Source: Camelus dromedarius (lineage: Eukaryota). Taken from it: DNA of 64,000 nt. The notes under the pieces were generated by a model. It was not told the origin of the DNA, searched no databases, and was given only the letters and a program-made list of their open reading frames with translations. This document shows, one piece after another, positions 1-12,227 of the stretch. Position numbers and translations under genes: made by a program. Location of the stretch: the NCBI RefSeq assembly GCF_036321535.1, contig NC_087447.1:45260001-45324000 (forward strand), written 5' to 3'. Positions within the stretch are counted from its first letter, which is position 1. Every line of letters begins with the position of its first letter.

Positions 1-216
1 ATCATTAACTGACAGCAGGGACAGGAAGTAGTACATAGGCTGATGCAAGCTCTGCTCCTCCTTGATAATGAAGAGGATGAGAGCATTGCCCACAATGGAG
101 ACAGTGTAGAGGGCAGCAAGGAGCAGGAACACCCAGTGTTGGGAGGTCTCCAGCCCTGGGAGTCCTGTCAGGGTGAAAGTTGGCAACTCTGAGCTGTTGT
201 GACGGTTAGCTCCCAT
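1..216 (-). CDS. Class I olfactory receptor, OR51A-like, 5' part only (continues beyond the window start)
   Basis: Manual translation of the minus strand from ATG at 216: MGANRHNSSELPTFTLTGLPGLETSQHWVFLLLAALYTVSIVGNALILFIIKEEQSLHQPMYYFLSLLSVND (72 codons, no stop). It has an N-glycosylation sequon, the TM1 GN and LHQPMY. Acceptor-like tgtttgtctttacag lies just upstream (AG at 253-252). Not in the ORF track because it runs off the edge. Confidence 0.93.
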   Translation of the reverse strand, partial: MGANRHNSSELPTFTLTGLPGLETSQHWVFLLLAALYTVSIVGNALILFIIKEEQSLHQPMYYFLSLLSVND

Positions 217-1410
217 GCTGGGACAAATGTGCAGACTGCAGGACCACTATCCTGTAAAGACAAACATCCAGTTTATTCATGACCTAGACCTGATATTTGA
301 AGACTCTCACCTACCATCCAGCCCCTCACTTTACACCGTTAATCAATTCTGTTCACCAAATCACTCATTTTTGTCTCTTTTTGTCACCATGATTTCTAGA
401 CTTGTCTTGTTACGGAAACGACAGGCCAGTCAAGAAACAAGCACCACTCGGAGGGTTGGAGTACTCAGATGTATTATGCCAGCGGGCTCAGAGGGCCTTC
501 TGCTCCGAAGCTCTGAGCACCTTCAAGACATGCACATGAGGTTTTATAGGGTAAAGTACAAGCTTGGGGTATTCGGCCAATAGGCATGGAACAGCTTTAG
601 CAGCATTATCATCACAAAAGTGGAGGCGGGGAGGCAGCAACATTCCAAAGCCAGATATGTCTCTTTGAAAATCCAGCTGGCTAGCAAAAACACATAAACA
701 GCAAACCAACACTAATTAACCTAGATTTACAAGTTAGTCTAGCAGAACTCAGATCAGTATTCCAATACTTAGACTTGTTAGCCCAGCCCAGCCTCTCCTT
801 CGCATTCCTAGACTTATGAGTTATCTTGTCAGACCAGCCCGGTTTTTCCTTCACAGTCTGAGATTTTTCAGTTTATCCAGCTGGTTAAACAGGGCTCACT
901 GCCTTCCTTGACACCCTTGCCTGTTTCCTCTGTGCTCTATCTCACATTCAAAGCTATGATCTTATCAATCTGTGGGCATTTCTTTCTTCAAGACCTAAGA
1001 CAAAATTCTGATGACTGCTGCCTTGACTACTCTGCCTTCCTGAGCATTCCACTTTTTCATCAAGCCATAAACTTTCCCCCTTCCCACTCTCTTTCTACTG
1101 AATATTTACTGCCTTATGATGACACCCCCAGCTTTCTTATTCCTGTACAATCTTTCAGCTCTTCGATCTACTCATCCAGACTGAAGATAGATGCACAGAA
1201 AGATACCCATCCCTAGTGAAAGCCTTCTAGAGATTCATCAAGATGCGCTTGACTGCTGTATTTCCGCTCATCTTTTCGTTCTTCTATCCATTTATCTTAT
1301 GGCATTACTTTTCTTTGTGAACAACTTTACGGAAAGTCTTCTCTTAATTAATTTCTTTCAGATCTGAATAGCACCTAGCTCCCTAAAGCCACTGGATTAA
1401 TAAGCAGTTC

Positions 1411-1426
1411 TCAAAAGGAATATATA

Positions 1427-1466
<40 letters not shown>

Positions 1467-1536
1467 ACTGAATCACTAAGTTGTAATCAGAAATTAACAC
1501 AACATTGTAAATCAACTATACTTCACTGAAAAAAAA
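1411..1536 (+). mobile_element. L1 3' terminal fragment (cetartiodactyl-type)
   Basis: ataactgaatcact...aaattaacacaacattgtaaatcaactatacttca plus an A tail, the same motif as at 38620-38687. Confidence 0.75.
1431..1462. repeat. (TG)16 microsatellite inside an L1 tail
   Basis: Direct reading. Confidence 0.95.
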
Positions 1537-1544
1537 CCCAGCCC

Positions 1545-2100
1545 CCCCAAAATATCATTTCTCTATACCATGGAATTGCCTCTCAGTGTTCTCCATCTCT
1601 CTGAACAATACTATCATTATGCCTAAGATTGAGACTCAAAATCCAAACGTCATTTTGACTCTTTCCTTTACTACTACATTAAAAGGGGTAATAATCAATG
1701 AAAATGCTGACCCCTAAGTGCCTCTGCCAGCCTTTGTCCACTTCCTTCCACTGCAGTTTCATGCTTCAGATCCAAGAAATCACATTCTTGTACCATAATA
1801 TTGCCCTCCTAATAAATCTCACGTCTCTATTTCATTCTGTAATCTGGAGTAGGACTAATATTTTTAAAGGGCAAATCTGAAAATGGTGCTGTTCTGATTA
1901 GAAACCTTGAATGCTCCCTTATTACCAGAGGGTCAAATCGAAACCCACTGGCCTAGAATTAAAAGCCCACTGTGGCCAGTACTAAATGGATATTTCTGGT
2001 CTCATTCTAAAAATTTCCGGACTTGTACCTCCAGATATCCAGATGGGTGTATTTGCTATTATCCAAGCATGAATTACAGCTCCCAGATCTCAGACTTGCC
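1545..2100 (+). mobile_element. L2 fragment
   Basis: Pyrimidine-rich degenerate L2 3' region (gtcattttgactctttcc..., aatgctcccttattacc). Approximate. Confidence 0.5.
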
Positions 2101-3137
2101 CAGAATGTGTGGGCAATATGTTCAATCCATCTTTCAGGGCCCAGGATCGGTGATGCCATCCTCCATACAAATTTGACTGGTGATTGCTAGAGGAGGTAAC
2201 TTCTCTCCATGCCCCACCACTCCTACAGCTACAGGTTTACATCTTCTTTTGCGCCCCTTTCTCTGCCTGTTCTGCATTATAGCTTTCTATCATGCAGCTC
2301 TAATAATTCCCATAGAATCACGAATCCCATCTTCCCTCCTGACTCAGCTCTGACTTTTATTAATTGTTTCAGCCCCTGCTGCGCAGGCTGAGCACGGGAG
2401 GTGCACTCAGTAAGTCACTGATCCCTTCCGGTTTGGGGTTCTCTTCATTGTAAATTGGAGATGCGAAGGAACTTTGCTGATGAGGTTGCGAAGGTCCAAA
2501 AGTGGACAGTTGTGAAAACTCTTAACACCAAATACTATGCCACTTGGAGTTCCAAAGGCTGCTTCAGACCCCCACCTCCAGCCTCTCAGCTGCCTTTTCA
2601 ACTCCATCTGCATCAGGCCTCTTCTGTCCTTTCTTTTCAGGATTCATTTTTTTTTTTTCTCCATTACATATTCATAGAATCTCTGTGTTTTCCCCACCTG
2701 CAGGCTCCTCCTAAACATTTTTGTTTGCCTCTGTATGCGATAAGCAGACATACTGGAGTCTTTTAGCACTGAGTAGGATCTTGACAAATGGCTTCTAAAG
2801 CAGCCATTGTCTTTTTAAATGTCCCCTCTCCTACCAGATTAACTCTGAAAAATGCACACAAAGGTATCTACATCTAAAGTGTAGCCTGAAGGGGTTTCCA
2901 TGCTGAGAAGTAATGCCTGAAGCAAAGGCAGTGCAGGATTTCAGAGAACAAGAGCAACAAATAGAAAATGAAGAATCGGGTAAGTTTTAAAGGTGAAAAC
3001 AAGCAGAGAAAAAACCAAAAAACTGACCCCAATTAGGGACAGTCTTTCCTTCTTCAGATTGTCACATTATAACACTCAGGATTTCTCAGCTGGGTCAGAG
3101 TGCTTTAGAGCCTGAGTCTGGAGTGTCTGACCCTCCA

Positions 3138-3270
3138 ACTTACCTACCGGAGAGAGCTCTATGCACGGAAGGAAGGGCAGCAGTCGGGGCCCTGCATGCC
3201 CTGCCCATAGCCCCCCATTACCTCTGCCAACTCTCTGGCCTGAGCAACATAAGGCTGCATCCAGGGAGTC
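3138..3270 (-). promoter_or_regulatory. Putative promoter / non-coding first exon of the OR51A-like gene at 1-216
   Basis: Minus-strand donor TAG|GTAAGT (plus acttac 3138-3143) and O/E-like TCCAGGGAG at 3260-3268. The segment resembles the 6240-6290 region. Confidence 0.5.
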
Positions 3271-4689
3271 CCTTGAGCTTACGTCAGCTCAGGAGCTCAT
3301 GGGCCGCTGGGAATAAGGGCGTCTACTGTGTCCCGCCCCTCTCTGACTTGGTGTTTCATTGCTCATAGGGGTATGCAGGAGTAGAAATAATCAGAACGGG
3401 AAGGGGTCTGCAAGAACATTGTATATAGCCCCTCGTTTTGTAGGAAAGGTCTTAGAGCCTAGGAAGGAGAAGAGACATCTCAATTTTATAGCTTGTTAAA
3501 GATCAATGGAGAATGTAATAGAAGCATTTATTTAGGTTAGGAGGTTAGGGGAATCCTCCGTGGGGCAATCTAAGCTAGCAGATACCGGATAGGGATCCAG
3601 CCAGATGAAGGGAAGGGGAGTAAGGAGAAGCTTCCAAGACTTGGGGAGCAGCACTTGTGAAGGCCACGTGGGAGGGGTCAACTTTGCATATTCACGGAAC
3701 TGAAAAATCTTTGTGGTTGCAACAGAAAGAACAAATGGCTCAAGATAAAGTTAGAAAAAAAGGAAGTTGTCATATTACTCAGGGTCCTCTGGGCCATGTG
3801 AAAGTTGGATTTGATTATATTGGAAATGGAAATAATACGATGAAATTTTACTTAAAATATTTCTGTAATTTGGAAAGTAAATAGGAAAAGGGCTGAATAA
3901 TGTAGGGAGATCAGCAAGGACGCTAGCGTAATGATCTAAGGTTGACATATTGATATTCTGATTAGAGAGTCACTGGGAATGGGAAGAAGTCGATTAAACA
4001 GATGTTTAGGAGGTAAAACTGAAAGGACATAATTATTTCTGCAAGTAGAGTTCACTCCGACACTTCTTCCCCTGAACATCTCTAATTTATCCTTCAAGAC
4101 CCAATCTAAACTACTCTTTCTGATGTTTCCTATTTATAGCTGTCCAAATGTCTTTTCTGAAGCAGACTGACACAGGAAATGACTTGTTTAGTCTCTTGTC
4201 CTGATCACTGTGAGAGCAGAGAGGAGGCCTATCCTCTTCGTTCTTCTACCTCAGACTCCCTTCCGTGTGGTTCTCTCTCAGGGATGAACTCCCACGAACC
4301 AAGACAGTGGCATACGTGCACAATGTTATCAATTAACAATGAGAAATAGAATTATTACGTGGGCAAAAATTTTCTTCTCAACTTGACTAGCACATCCTAC
4401 CTACCTGGTAAGAGACAACCATAGTTACATTGGAGGTGAACAAAGAGAAAGAGGTAAAGGGCATAACCATAAAATTCAAAAGTTTTATGTCTTAAATTCT
4501 GATGGACAACTATCTTTCCCCAAAACCCTAAAACATTAACCCTGTAGTCCCTGGTGCTTAGTGGGCCAGTCATGTCTTCTCCTTATAACTGCTTGATGGA
4601 TGCTGTCCTTCAAGTCTCTTTTTTCTTTGCTTTAATCTCCTCTTCCAAAGGGTGGCTGTGCTTGTGTGCATGCATGCGTGTGAAGTATA

Positions 4690-4850
4690 TGTTTATAATT
4701 ATGATTTTTCATCCAGATTGGAATCTTGGTTTCTCTAATAACTTTTGCAATGATCTTGGCAAGTGTCTTAAACTCCCTGAATCTCAGATATCTCATTTGT
4801 AAAAAGAAGACGGTAAATATAGCTGATAAGGATTCTGTGAATATTACATA
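4690..4850 (+). mobile_element. MIR core
   Basis: tgatcttggcaagtgtcttaaactccctgaatctcagatatctcatttgtaaaa. Confidence 0.7.
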
Positions 4851-5709
4851 AGACTTTGGTGTTCCTCTATAGAAATTTCAAAACAATTAAAAAATGAAAC
4901 CCTAAAATGAGTGTTGTAAAGTCCAACACATTTCTAGTCTTCTCATGAAGAAGACGTTGATGTTTTGATGTTTTTAAAAAATGTTATCTAAATATACTAA
5001 ACATAGGTTTTTTGTGTGTTTCTCTGTGGCTTTAATTCTGTATGTTTGGTCTGCCTACTGAAAACTCCAGTGCTGACTTGAGGCATTATAAAATGTATTC
5101 ATCAGGTTTTCTCTGATGATTAAGTAAGTTCATCTTTATCAAAAAACCTAGCATGGTCACAGACACTTTGCAGGTGCTCAACAAAAATCAGCGTCACTTC
5201 TCTCCCATCCAAATCCCTGGTAATAAAAGATGGCCCTGACAGTGGAGATAGACCTTGGGACCTGAATCAGGAATAATTATGCACAAGTCTTGACTTTGTT
5301 AGCAATTTCATGGTGGATGTCAGCAAGCCTCTTACTCCTTAAAGTCTTAATTTCTTCATTACACAATTTGGGTGTGACAAAATACGGTCCAAAGACTCTC
5401 TTAATTTTAAGACATTTGAATTAGTATCTTGGGACTCAGCCTGCCCACACAGCCCTCAGGATTCCCAGAGCCAATTGGCTATCCCATCTTCTCAAATTAT
5501 TTCCTGACAAATGGAAAACTGGCAAGTCATTGTAGTTCTGGTTCATGATGACTTACCATGTAATATTGAGTTTCATGGTCAACTGGATCATTATGGGCAT
5601 TTGTGCTCCAATTTTACAAATGAGGGATTTGGAATTTGAGCGAACTAAGTAATTTTCTTAAGGACACCGAGACAGGGAAGGTGGTGGTTTTGAACCCAGA
5701 TCTGGGCAA

Positions 5710-5814
5710 AGGGTGACAAACTGTCCCAGTTTGCAGCTACAGAGGGTTTGTCCCCTGTGCAGGCCCTTCAGTGCTAAACTAGCACAGTTCCAGGCAGACC
5801 AAGATAGTCACCTA
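5710..5814. mobile_element. MER94-like hAT MITE
   Basis: Termini agggtgacaaactgtcccagtttg ... gtcaccta and internal ttcagtgctaaa match recalled MER94. Confidence 0.65.
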
Positions 5815-6126
5815 CTTGCTGACCATAACTATTTAAGCTCTTAGTGGTTATGTTGTTTTGTTTCTTGAAATCTCTTTGGGTTGTGACATAATTCATAGAA
5901 AGATCTCTAACTTGGCAATCAGGTCTGGGATTCAGTCTAGTTGTTTTCTGACTAATTGAATGGATTCTCTTAGTTCCTCTTCTATATAATGATGGACAAC
6001 ACAGTTATAACTCAAATCCCTGAAGCGTGTAAGGGGGAGAAGTGAAAGGACACAGAGGAGCCATCCACTCAAGAGTTTTCACATTCCCTGCTGCCCCAGC
6101 CACCTCTCTAAGTCCTGAAACTTACT

Positions 6127-6269
6127 GGGCCCAGGGGGCCCTTAAGATGAAGCTTTATAGCTCAAAGGAAGAGGCTGGCTGGGAGGTTGTGTGCAGAGCC
6201 CTCCATGTTTCTCCCTAAGAGACCCTTCACCTTTCCTCTCATCACTAGAGCTGCCCTGGGGAGGTAAGT
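6127..6269 (+). promoter_or_regulatory. Putative promoter / non-coding first exon of the OR51A10-like gene
   Basis: Consensus donor GAG|GTAAGT (GT at 6264). O/E(EBF)-like CCCAGGGGG at 6130 and CCCTGGGGAG at 6254. It lies 2.5 kb upstream of the coding-exon acceptor. Confidence 0.55.
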
Positions 6270-6859
6270 TGGGGCTTCAGCTCTCCCTTCACAGAGGTCT
6301 ATAGGAATCACATTTATAGCTTCAAAATCCTAAAGTGATTTAAGGTACACTTATCTGTCTGTGATCTAAGTTTAGAGATTTTCTCTTCATTCCACTTCTG
6401 CCCTCAGACCAATACTCCTCATCTGTAGCCCTCGGTGCCTGAGATCCCCCAGTTGTTGTTTGGTGCGGTTGCTTCTGTGTGATTAACTCGTACTCTAGTA
6501 TTCTCACTGCAGAGTGGATACACAGCCAAGATAAAAGGAGAGCTTTTGTTCGGGAAACTGAGAGTGGTAACGCAGAGGACCAGGGAACCTCAGCCCCTAA
6601 ATGTTCCTCTTCATCAGTTGTCATTTATTTAGTACATATCTTGCACAAGAGTCGTGAATATGAATTTTAAATGTTTTACTCTGTACTTTGCTATACAACA
6701 GCTGCAAAAATAAAGTATAAAGAAGTAAATTAAATTCATAGCTGGCAGGTGCTAAAGCTTAGGTAAAAACTCAGTAATTAGATTTTAGGAGAATTATTTA
6801 CGTTATCTGGATTTATTTTACACTTCAAAATGTGGGTCATAATACATTCTCCCTTGGAT

Positions 6860-7860
6860 AGTTTATTTATCCATTTAATCAATAAGAATGAGTAGCAGGA
6901 ATCTCTGAATCCTAATCCTAATCTACGCCCAGAGACTTGGCTAAGCATTGAGGATAAAATAAGAAGAAAAAGAGATGATTATGGGATCCTGTAATTCACT
7001 GGGGGAGAAAGATACTAATCAAATGATCAAACAGATATAAAATAATTAATTATGATTCCAAAGTATGATAAGATTCATGAAGTATGTGTGAGGATACATA
7101 ACAGAGACATACAACCCACGAGCAGAGAAGTAACCGATGATTGGTATCACTGGAAGATTATGTGTTCCCAGGCGGTGCATATGCTGCTGCAGGCCATAGT
7201 AAAACTGTTCGAATTTTTGCTTGAATTCTTATTTTAAAAGTGAAAGGAAACCACTGAAAGGTTTTCCATAGGAGTGTAATATCATTTTATTTATATTATT
7301 AAGAAATGATTTGGCTGCTTCGTGAAGAATGGATTAGAGAGAGGCATGACACTGAGCTGGGTGAGCAGCAAGAAAGGTTCTGCAGACATCCTGGGGAAAG
7401 ATGCTGAGGGACAGAGTAGTGAGACAGATGGGACTGATGGATTAGCTGGAAGTGAGACAGAGAGGAGAACCGGTGTTAAGCATATTTTGGAAAGCTGGTA
7501 ATTAGACCTGAGAGTGGAAGAGTGTGAGAGATTCCTCCAAAGTTTTTCTGGCTTAAGTGCATGGATAAATGCTGATGGATTTTCATGAGATAAGTAATAT
7601 TGCAGAGGATCTAGTATGATGATTAACAGAAGTTCAACTTTGCATGTTGTGTTTGAGATGCTGATGAGCTATTCTAATTGACAGCCCAATAAGGAGTCAG
7701 GTGGTTGACTCTATAGCCAGAAGAGAAATCTGAGCTAGTGACATAAATTTGGGATAACTGATGTACAGAGGAGAGGTAAGAACATTATGAGTGGGAAATA
7801 ATTTTGAAATACTGGTTATGAAAGAGAGCAGAGGAATGAGTGATTACTAGAAGAATATGT
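6860..7860 (-). mobile_element. L2 fragment
   Basis: tttatttatccatttaatcaataag tail followed by purine-rich antisense L2 body. Approximate. Confidence 0.6.
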
Positions 7861-7985
7861 GGGACAATAAGAGGGGTTTTGTTGTTGTTATTTGTCTTCT
7901 TTGGGATTATATCCTGAAATTGATCCTCAATAAGGAAAAAATTGGTGTAGGTAGGACATACGAAACTGATAAGAGTGATCTAAAT

Positions 7986-8170
7986 CCCTTACTCTCAAAC
8001 TTGGCTGCCTGTTGAAATTGCCTAGGAAGTTTCTTTTAAAAAAATACTGATTTTTGACTCCCACTGCTAGAGATTCTGATTTATGGTATGAGTGTGGTCC
8101 AGGAAAAGGAGATTTTTTTTTAAAGATCTTCAAGTGAATCGAACATACAGCACAGTTTCAGAATCCTTAT
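7986..8170. mobile_element. MER5-type hAT-Charlie element
   Basis: ctctcaaacttggctgc...agagattctgattta...cagtttcagaatcc pattern. Confidence 0.65.
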
Positions 8171-8813
8171 TCTAAACAGAGGGAAAAATAAGAACATTCA
8201 AGAGAGAAAAACCAAGAGCAATCAAGAGTGGAGGAGCATGAGAGTCTGGACACTTGGTGAATAAGTGAGGAACTTAAGCAACAAAGAGAGGATAAAGAGC
8301 TGGAGTGATGCTCAGGTGCAGGCAAGAGAGGGGACACAGCCCAGAGTACAGACAGAAGTGTCATCACCTGCACTCACGGGAACGCATTAGTAAGTGAAGA
8401 GAACGAAGGAAAGGCCTTGTGGAGGTCATACCGTACCTCACTTCTTGAAGAAGGTGATGGCTAGAATTGGTAGATAGAAAGGGAAAGTCATTTTCTGCTA
8501 TTGGAGAAAAATTTGAGTAATTTTGCCAAGAATACTGAGACAGGGAAAATAAGATATCATGTCCAAAACAAGAGTCAAAGGATTTTGTGGGGAAGGGATT
8601 GGAACCTACGCCCCATCTGCAGATATGATGAGACTGCACAAGGCCTGAGATCTAACTGATGATCCCCCAGCCTCCTCCTTCCTAATCTTTCATGATCTTT
8701 GGTATGAAATGTAAGTAATATGTCCTTTCCATCCTGGACAGTGACCAATCCTTCCACTGTCTGACCTCATTTTACCCTGGTTGTATTTCCCCAAAAGCTG
8801 CTCAGGGACCCTC

Positions 8814-9758
8814 ATGGGAAATTTTGGAACCAACATCTCGAGCACTACCAGCTTCACACTAACAGGCTTCCCAGAGGTAGAGGGACTGGAGCACTGGTTC
8901 GCTGCCTTCCTCTTGCTGCTTTATGCTATCTCCATCCTGGGCAACATCCTCATTCTCTTCATCATAAAGGAGGAGCAGAGTTTGCACCAGCCAATGTACT
9001 ACTTCCTGTCTCTGCTGTCTGTCAATGACCTGGGTGTGTCCTTTTCTACGTTGCCTACGATACTGGCTACTTTGTGCTTTCATGTACCAGAGACTGCCTT
9101 TGATGCCTGCCTGACCCAGATGTTCTTCATCCACTTTTTCTCCTGGACAGAGTCTGGGATCTTGCTGGCCATGAGTTTTGACTGCTATGTGGCCATCTGT
9201 AACCCCCTGCATTATTCTACAGTGCTCACTGACACCCGTGTGGCTCACACGGGCATATCCATCATCATCCGCAGCTTCTGCATGGTCTTCCCGTTGCCTT
9301 TCCTTCTGAAGAGGCTGCCCTTCTGTAAAGACAACATGCTGACCCATTCCTACTTCTTGCACCCAGACCTGATCCGCCTGCCCTGTGGAGATACCACCAT
9401 CAACAGCACGTATGGCCTGTTCATTGTCATCTCTGCTTTTGGTGTAGACTCAGTGCTCATCCTCCTCTCCTATGCACTCATACTGCACTCTGTGCTGGCC
9501 ATTGCATCCCAGGAGGAGAGGCTGAAGACATTCAACACATGTGTGTCACACATCTGTGCTGTACTCATTTTCTATGTGCCCATGGTTAGTGTGTCCATGG
9601 TCCATCGATTTGGGAAGTATGCCCCTGAGTATGTGCACAAGTTCATGTCCCTGGTATATCTCTTTGTGCCTCCAATGCTCAACCCAATTATCTATTCCAT
9701 CAAGACTAAGGAGATTCGTAAGAGGCTACACAAGATATTACTGGGGACTAGGTACTGA
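8814..9758 (+). CDS. Class I olfactory receptor, OR51A10-like by position (314 aa, open frame but key motifs mutated)
   Basis: ATG at 8814 (the track starts at an upstream TTG). Motifs GN, LHQPMY, MSFDCYVAIC, TFNTCVSH and [13 protein letters not shown] are present. Acceptor tatttccccaaaag ends at 8797. The name rests only on recalled position next to OR51I2. Confidence 0.88.
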   Translation: MGNFGTNISSTTSFTLTGFPEVEGLEHWFAAFLLLLYAISILGNILILFIIKEEQSLHQPMYYFLSLLSVNDLGVSFSTLPTILATLCFHVPETAFDACLTQMFFIHFFSWTESGILLAMSFDCYVAICNPLHYSTVLTDTRVAHTGISIIIRSFCMVFPLPFLLKRLPFCKDNMLTHSYFLHPDLIRLPCGDTTINSTYGLFIVISAFGVDSVLILLSYALILHSVLAIASQEERLKTFNTCVSHICAVLIFYVPMVSVSMVHRFGKYAPEYVHKFMSLVYLFVPPMLNPIIYSIKTKEIRKRLHKILLGTRY

Positions 9759-11314
9759 TCAGAAAGAGAACTTCTAGAAATCCAGGTTTCTAAGAGTTTG
9801 TTGTTATTGCCAATGTTTGGGTTTACAGGCTAGTCTGTTGGATGGTGTCAATCTCCTATACGTGGACCTAGAGTTAGCTATATGGTGTAGCCTGGCTATA
9901 ATCCATAACTTAAAACATCAGGCTGCCCTACTTTGTACTTAACTGAACCATAGGTTTCCATCAATGATTTCTCTCAGATGCAATAAGGATGAGTCTTCAA
10001 CCAGACTCTTTTATTTGTTCTAATCTACTGGTATCATCTATACTTTTAAGTAAAGCTCAAAAACAGACAAAACCTGATGCATACATATAAACCATGTTAT
10101 AACTGGGGGTTATGTTACTTGAGATCATAGGTACCACCCAATACTTTTATTATTCTGAGACCTATAAAATGGCACATATATGCTTGCCATACTGACATTG
10201 CAGCATCAGCCTGGATTCAGAACTTTAAAAGCAGGAGAAAAGTTTTGTGGAAAACAATCATTTGTTGCCGTGTCTCACGCATGATGAGGGGAAGGCTCAC
10301 CTTTCTTCTAGGGAGCTAGTAACCACCCTAATGGGAAGGAAACCATAAACAAAACAAAAAGACAACCTATGGACTGACAGAAAATATTGTGCAAATCAAC
10401 TCTAGGATCATAACAGGGAGCCAGACATCTTCTAGAAAGAGACTTAGCTCTGACTCACAGAAGTGACCTCAAAGAAAAAGTGCTACTTTGAGCTGTTCCC
10501 ATAGTAAAAGAGGGGGCCTTAGAGCCAGTGAAGCTGGAAAGCTACTCTGTTATCCCTTCTCAGTCCAGAGAATCCTCCTTCCAGTTATTCTGGAAAACCA
10601 TCCTTCTTTATATATGGATATAGCTAACTCTGTACACTGTTTTGAGCAAACAAATGAAAGAAAAAAGAAATCAAGAACTAAGATTAACCCACAGCCCTGG
10701 GATTCCCATGTTTACAATGGAGAGTTTCCTTTAAAAAAAAATTTTTTTTTAAATTATATCCTAATGCTTCAGTATCCAGACCTGAATATTAAAAACCACA
10801 TTGTTGAGTGTGTGTTCAGAATTTTTTAGGTTTCCTTTTAAGAAACACTTCCTAATCTCAACTGAAGAACTGAGGAATCACAGAAGGCATGAGGATGGGA
10901 AGAGTGAGTACCACGTAACAGGGAATGTATTTCTCTCAGCCTTCTGTGCAGTGACCCCTTCTTCATTGATTTAACACACGTGCGTAGAGTGACTACTCCA
11001 GGTCTAGCTCTGGGTTAAGCGAGGGGATGTGGAAGTGGGTTGGGCCTGATTCTTGACAACAAAGAACTTGTGACACTGGAAGGTGCTTTATTGCCTGAGT
11101 CTCAGCGGTTGAATACTCACGTGCAGAGTTAAGTTCTTAACAAATAAGGGATCTCAACACATTTCTTTCTGTGCCACAGAAGGACTTACCTTCCAGCTCT
11201 TGGTTGGAAGAGGACCACTGGGATACGTGCACAGACACACAACCTATTTTTAGTGACTAGAGATTACAGAGAAATTTGTTGAGGAGGCAGAAATTTTAAA
11301 GCTTTCCTTTTCTT

Positions 11315-11487
11315 GTTTTCTTTTTTTTTTAACATCATGTGATTTTATTTTTTTTTATTTTTGGCGGGGGGGGGTAGTTAAGTTTACTTATTTATTTGTT
11401 TATTTTTTAATGGAGGTACTAGGGATTGAACCCAGGACCTCTTGAAAGTTAAGCATGCCCTCTACCAGTAGGGCTGCAACCTTTCCC
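11315..11487 (-). mobile_element. tRNA-Ala-derived SINE (vic-1 type), diverged copy
   Basis: The minus strand reads gggaaaggttgcagccctactggtagagggcatgc...gggttcaatccctagtacctcca plus an A-rich tail. Imperfect TSD taaagcttt..ttttctt at 11297 and 11488. Confidence 0.8.
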
Positions 11488-11569
11488 TAAAGCTTTTATT
11501 TTCTTAATAGAGAAAAAAAAATCCATTATATGTATGTATGTATGTATTCATGTAGGTATATATAATATG

Positions 11570-12227
11570 TGTTGGGAAACAAGCTGCTGGAAAACAAGCC
11601 ACACCTAAATTTCCATGAGCTTAAAATATTATACTCACACTTGCTTGCTTAAAATGCACATGCTTGCTTTGTTTTAATGTTTTAAGCAGCAGATGACCTA
11701 TAGCACATATTATGCTAAAGAAAATTTCAGGTGAGCTATCCTGAGATTGACTATAAGGGCATGAAAGAAAGCAGATGTTTCCTTAGGGTAAAACAATGGA
11801 CGGTCCTGAAAGGCCAGATCATCCATTAACAGAACTTTGTTCTGGCATGAAAGCATGTGGTTAAGCCCAGGGGAAATATTTGCTATCTCAAGATGTCCCG
11901 GAGGCAACAACAGGATACATTTAGAAATTTTGCATACCCCGAGGAGGGTGATTGTTCCTGGAAGGGATAGGCCTGAAGTTAATCAGTTAAACAGCAAACA
12001 GAACTTGGTGCTTCTCGCATGGGATATCTAAAGCCCCACCTCTTTGATCGCATTTTTTCTGAGCTGTATACTCCTAATAAATATGATGTCGACCAGGCAT
12101 TTGGGGACTCTCGAGCCACAAGATCGTGAGTCCCCTGGTCCCACCTTGCTCTTTACTTTGTCTCTTTGTTTCTTAAGTCTTGCATCGCCGTCCTCAGACA
12201 TGGTCCTGAGCTGCGCTGGATGCAACA
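11570..12227 (+). mobile_element. Solo ERV LTR, copy 1 (class II/ERVK-like family)
   Basis: Termini TGTTG...CAACA, internal AATAAA near 12076, flanking TATG(TG) duplication, and high similarity along its whole length to 55612-56296. Confidence 0.85.

Noticed and set aside
215-583. 122-aa ORF and other short intergenic ORFs in the track
   Set aside because: They have no recognisable domains, many start at TTG/GTG, and they overlap repeats or low-complexity DNA.
11837-12031. Near-identical short ORFs here and at 55799-56098 (WHESM.LSPGEIFAISRCPGG...)
   Set aside because: Both lie inside the two solo LTR copies. The similarity reflects the repeat family, with no sign of a protein gene.
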